From Psammoneis japonica (lineage: Eukaryota): a stretch of DNA of 64,000 bases. How positions within the stretch are numbered: position 1 is the first letter of the stretch; each line of letters opens with the position of its first letter. A program made the translations under genes and the position numbers. This document shows, piece after piece, positions 59,765 through 64,000 of this stretch. The stretch covers positions 186,001 to 250,000 of the forward strand of contig QPGO01000103.1 of assembly GCA_008632985.1 (NCBI GenBank), given 5' to 3'. Below the pieces are notes generated by a model. It did not search any database. It saw only the letters and a program-made list of their open reading frames with translations, and was not told the origin of the DNA.

Positions 59765-62700
59765 CGTTCTGGGTGGGCATCGCCGGATCCATGTCAGCAT
59801 TCCTGTCTGTCTGCCCGGCGGAATCAACACCCACAGATGCAAGCAAGAACATGATTTGAATTCAAATGGGTCGCTGCCCTGTCAGTTGGCTGCGGTCAGC
59901 ATCGCCTGCCCATCTCATCTGATTTCCAATTGTGTTGTTGCGCTGTCATTCATCTGGGTCCGTCGCTTCAGTTCTTTCAATCTAACAACCATGCGACCAT
60001 GTCTGGTGCCCCACTCCCTGTCGACGTTGTAGATGATGGCTTGCATGATGACAATGATGACAATGACAAGAACGCAGGAACAGCTTTCAATGACAGTGAG
60101 TCTCACAATGATGCAATTGTGCAAGAAGCAGAGCCACCACCTGTTGATGTGTGCCATGCATTGGACATCCTTGACACTGTCTTTTGTGGTCTTGACGATG
60201 ATTGGTGCACTCCCATGATGTTTCCCGTCAATGTCGTCCATTCGAAAGAGGTTCCACCGTCTCTTTTCATGGATGCCAACATCACCGAGTGCCTGGGCAA
60301 AGATGGGCCTGGCAGTGTGCTTCATTGACATGTGCACGTCTGCTTTGACACAACGAGGTGTCCCCCACTGCCCGCTGCTGCAAAGCCATTCTCCAAGGAT
60401 GACACGAGTTGCGCAGCTTTGTTGCAGGACTTCCACCAATGTGCTGCAAGCAATGGGTTCGAGGCAATTTCCAATGGCAATGGCCGCATTGTCTGTTCCT
60501 GCTTTCTGACGCATTGTCATAAACCCGAACAACGTGACCCAACAGCTCCGGCCACCTCCTGTCGGAAAACTTCCCTTCATGATGATCGCCGTCGGAACAA
60601 TCGCAAACAAGGCCACAAGAATCATCCTCGACGACAGCAGACATCCAAGGCACCAAATGTTGAGGACACATGTGGTTGGAACATTTGCATCCAAGCCAAT
60701 GCTTTTGGCTGTTTCTTCAAGTGTGGCACTGGGTGTGGCTTTCATTGCAACCACCACAAACGACTTCCTGATGAAATCCAGCAGAAGATTCGTCACCTAA
60801 ATTCATCCACCACATTGTCCATGAAGCGCATGAGAAAGGGACGCTTGGGGGCTGGCCATGTGCGCAAACACATTCTCGCCAACAAGGATCACTTTCTGTC
60901 CAGGTCGCAGGTTCGTCGCGTCATGCAAAAGGCGGATCAGGAACAGTTGACCCCATTCTCACCACCCTCCGAAAATGCTGATTTGGATGATGGCATCTTG
61001 GAGCTGCAGAAGTTCTTTCAGAGTCGAGAAGACGTGGAACACTCTGCACTGGCAAGTGGAGCCAATGCTGTGCAGACCCCCACCCAAGAAAGAAACCTGC
61101 ATTTCCAGTCTTCATTGCTTTTCAATGAAGCTTGCGTTGATGGAGAAAGGGAGATTCAGAACCTCGAGGAACTTTGTTCCGAGGTTGTTGACCAGTGCAG
61201 GCGTGAGAGGGAAGCGGCGCAGCTTGGTCCTGATGACAACCTGTTCATTGGTGCTGCATGGACACTCAAGGGCGAGAAACGATTGTTTCGCCAAATGCCA
61301 CATGTGATCAAAGTGGACGTAACGTCTCACACAAACAATGAGAAACGGCCTTGCCTGACTTTCTCCACCCGTGCGCCAGATGGGTCTCACTTTGTTTTCC
61401 TGCAAATCCATCTTCCAGATCAAACACAGGGGACGTTTCGGTGGGCATTTCATGTTGCACTGCCCACTCTACTTGATCAAGCATCAATCCAGCAAATCAA
61501 GCTTGCGTTGACAGATGGAGACTCTCAAGAAATCTGCGAGTTGCGCAGTGCCATTCAAGTCTACATGCCCGACGTCTTCCAAGGCCGTTGTGGCTGGCAC
61601 ATTGTGGAAAAGGGATGGTTGCGTCACTGCCCTGGTGAGAGCTGTGTGTCTCCAGGGCAGAAGCATGAGACCCACAAGCATTTCGTCGCTGCAGTCAAAG
61701 CCTGGCTTCATTCATTCATGCACCCGGGTGGTTGCGAGAATGAAGATGAACTCAAGGTCTCCAAGTCATTGCTCATCATGTTTCTGCATTCCCCAAGAGT
61801 TCTCCAGACATGCGATGGCAATGAGTCCACTGTGCAGAGAATCATTGCCTTCATCCGAAATGAGGTGTTTGCATGGGAGCGGCATCATGCCTGTCACCTC
61901 AAGAAATTCATTCGTCACTACGAGGAAGCAAACAATTCAAGTCATGAGGGAACCAACAATGGGATGAAGAACCATTCTGCCCCTGTGCTGCCCTCACAGA
62001 ATTTAGCCACCAGCGCCATCAACTTCGCCATGCAATCCGACGTGAAGGTTGCCGAGTCACACACTGAAAGCAACGGCATGGCCACAACAAAATGTCTCTG
62101 GTCCACCTGAGAAGGTGCCAAGGAGTGCAAGAGACTGCACACCTCGTCACGAGAAGACAAAGCACATCCTGGCAAGGGGACCGGCAACGACAGGGAGGTC
62201 GTGGGTGGACTCAGTTCTACTTCTGCACGTGATGCAGTCCTTGAGCCACTGGCACAAGCCGCCGAGGTTCTGTCAAACCAGCAAGTGGTGGAGAAGTCAA
62301 CAGGGAGGTCATGGGTGGACTCGGTTCTACTTCTACATGCGATGCAGTCCTCGAGCCACCAGCACGAGCCGCCGAGCATTCTGTCACACCAGCAAGTGGT
62401 GGAGAAGTCAACAGGGAGGTTGTGGGTGGACTCGGCTCTACTTCTACATGCGATGTAGTCCTCGAGCCACCAGCATGAGCCGTCGAGCGTTCTGTCACAC
62501 CAGCAAGTGGTGGAGAAGTCAACAGGGAGGTCGTGGGTTGACTGGGTTCCACTTCTGCACGCGATGCAGTCCTCGAGCCACCAGCACGAGCCGCCGAGCG
62601 TTCCATCACACCAGCAAGTGGTGGAGAAGTCAACAGGGAGGTCGTGGGTGGACTCGGTTCTACAATCGGCGGAAGTGGAACTCGGTGTGGTGACTCCGCC

Positions 62701-63328
62701 AGGCGAAAATGGTTTGGAGTGAAAAAAGAACCGAAAACAGCAGAGAGACTGCTTTTGACACCGGCAAAAAAACTTGACACAACCGAATTGGTTTGTGGAG
62801 TGCTCTCTCTCTTGGCACGATGACGGCGACGGTGCTTCCTCTTGCCCTGACTCTTCAAACAGGAGCGTTCGTGGCGTTTGCGGTGGCAACGCAAGCTGTT
62901 GCTGCAAGACTCCAATCCGTCTTGATTTCCTCTTTTCGGCTGGGAAAAACAACAAGCACAGTGTGAGAGACTGCAAAATGATGGCACAAAAGGGGAGAAG
63001 CACAAAAGGGGAGAACAAGCCATGCAGCAATGCTTGCGGGGTTGGGTGGCTTCATCGTTGGATGAACAACGTCGTTTGCAAAACAACATTGTGCGTGCGA
63101 TGTGTGCAAAAGTGAAGTGAGGAGATGGAGGAATTCAAATTTTCTTCCAAATGCCGGTCATTGAGAATTTCGAACAATGACTTTGCAACGGTTTTTACGA
63201 TCATTCCCACACGAGGGTAAACACAAAGAGGATTGGCCTGTTCGCGCTGAAGTTGTCAACAAGCAAACTGACAACAACAGGCTCACTTGACGCACGTGAC
63301 GTGGATCCGGCGATGCCCACCCAGAACG
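59765..63328 (+). mobile_element. Mutator-like (MULE) transposon with a decayed transposase and inverted repeats
   Basis: ORF 60332-62110 has KVDVTSHTNNEKRP, LTDGDSQE and CGWHIV (MULE D..D..CxxH). A 32-bp inverted repeat at 59765-59796 / 63297-63328 has one mismatch. Confidence 0.85.
62191..62663 (+). repeat. 111-bp tandem repeat, ~4.3 units, inside the MULE
   Basis: cagggagg starts at 62191, 62301, 62412, 62523 and 62634. Confidence 0.95.
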
Positions 63329-64000
63329 GCACATGGCACTCCAAGTGGAGTCATTTGATCAAGAACCCACATCACAACATTTGGGTGGTTTGCCGGGTGT
63401 GGGTCAGGTGGAACTCTCTTTGGAGGCTGCTTGATTTCTGTTGCACTGCAAATGTCATTTGCTGTGATTGCAAATGTCCCCAATGTCCACAGGCTCAAGT
63501 TCAAGAAATGCACAGGCTGGCATGAAGGGCCGCCACGTGAGTCCCATTTTGTGAATGTGGGTTGGCCTGCGCGTCTTTTTGCTGTCTTTTCTACGTGTGT
63601 TTAAGTGCTGAAACTACGTGCAATCTGAGAATTTCATTTCTACCTCCCAACAGGAATCACTCGGCTCTCAGAGTCATTGCGTAGAAGTTGTGTAGAAGAG
63701 CACCAGAAATGTTTGTTGTCAGTCTGTCCACCCGTCCGTGTTCGAATGCCAACTCCTCGGGAAATCAATTGAGGTGTCATCTGATCAAGGGTGCTGCTCT
63801 TCACCATCTAACACCCTTGGTCAGATGACATTTCAATTGAGTTCCCGAAAAGTCAGTGGCCCCAATCACCCTCTCGTATGACATTGTGTACATTTCCACA
63901 CAATTTGGCATTTTTCCTTGTGCAAAATGCCGGTTGTGACTCTTGTGACATTTTCGAATGATTCCTGTTGAACACTGAAGCGAGAGGTGTTTCTCTTGCC

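Overview
Eukaryotic nuclear DNA, probably from a diatom (short GT-AG introns, diatom-type cyclin, FTR1, CoDi-like copia gag, diatom-type gypsy gag). About 15 host genes alternate with blocks of decayed transposons: Plavaka-like, gypsy, a complete non-autonomous LTR element with a CCATT TSD, and a MULE with inverted repeats. The main signal is compositional. Six sharply bounded domains (~1-3950, ~6900-14780, ~18630-21940, ~26600-29850, ~47110-48580, ~55750-63500) are almost free of the dinucleotide TpA. Internal comparisons (an ankyrin gene against two local copies, the two LTRs, 42-bp and 111-bp repeat units) show directional TpA->CpA/TpG conversion, the reverse of fungal RIP. This occurs alongside, but separably from, CpG decay. 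It suggests a chromatin-domain-targeted A->G hypermutation process; I do not recall it being described but cannot check the literature. Some intergenic and 3' flanks are conversely TA-rich and carry a recurring TACCGGTA palindrome. All dinucleotide statements come from reading by eye, not from computation.
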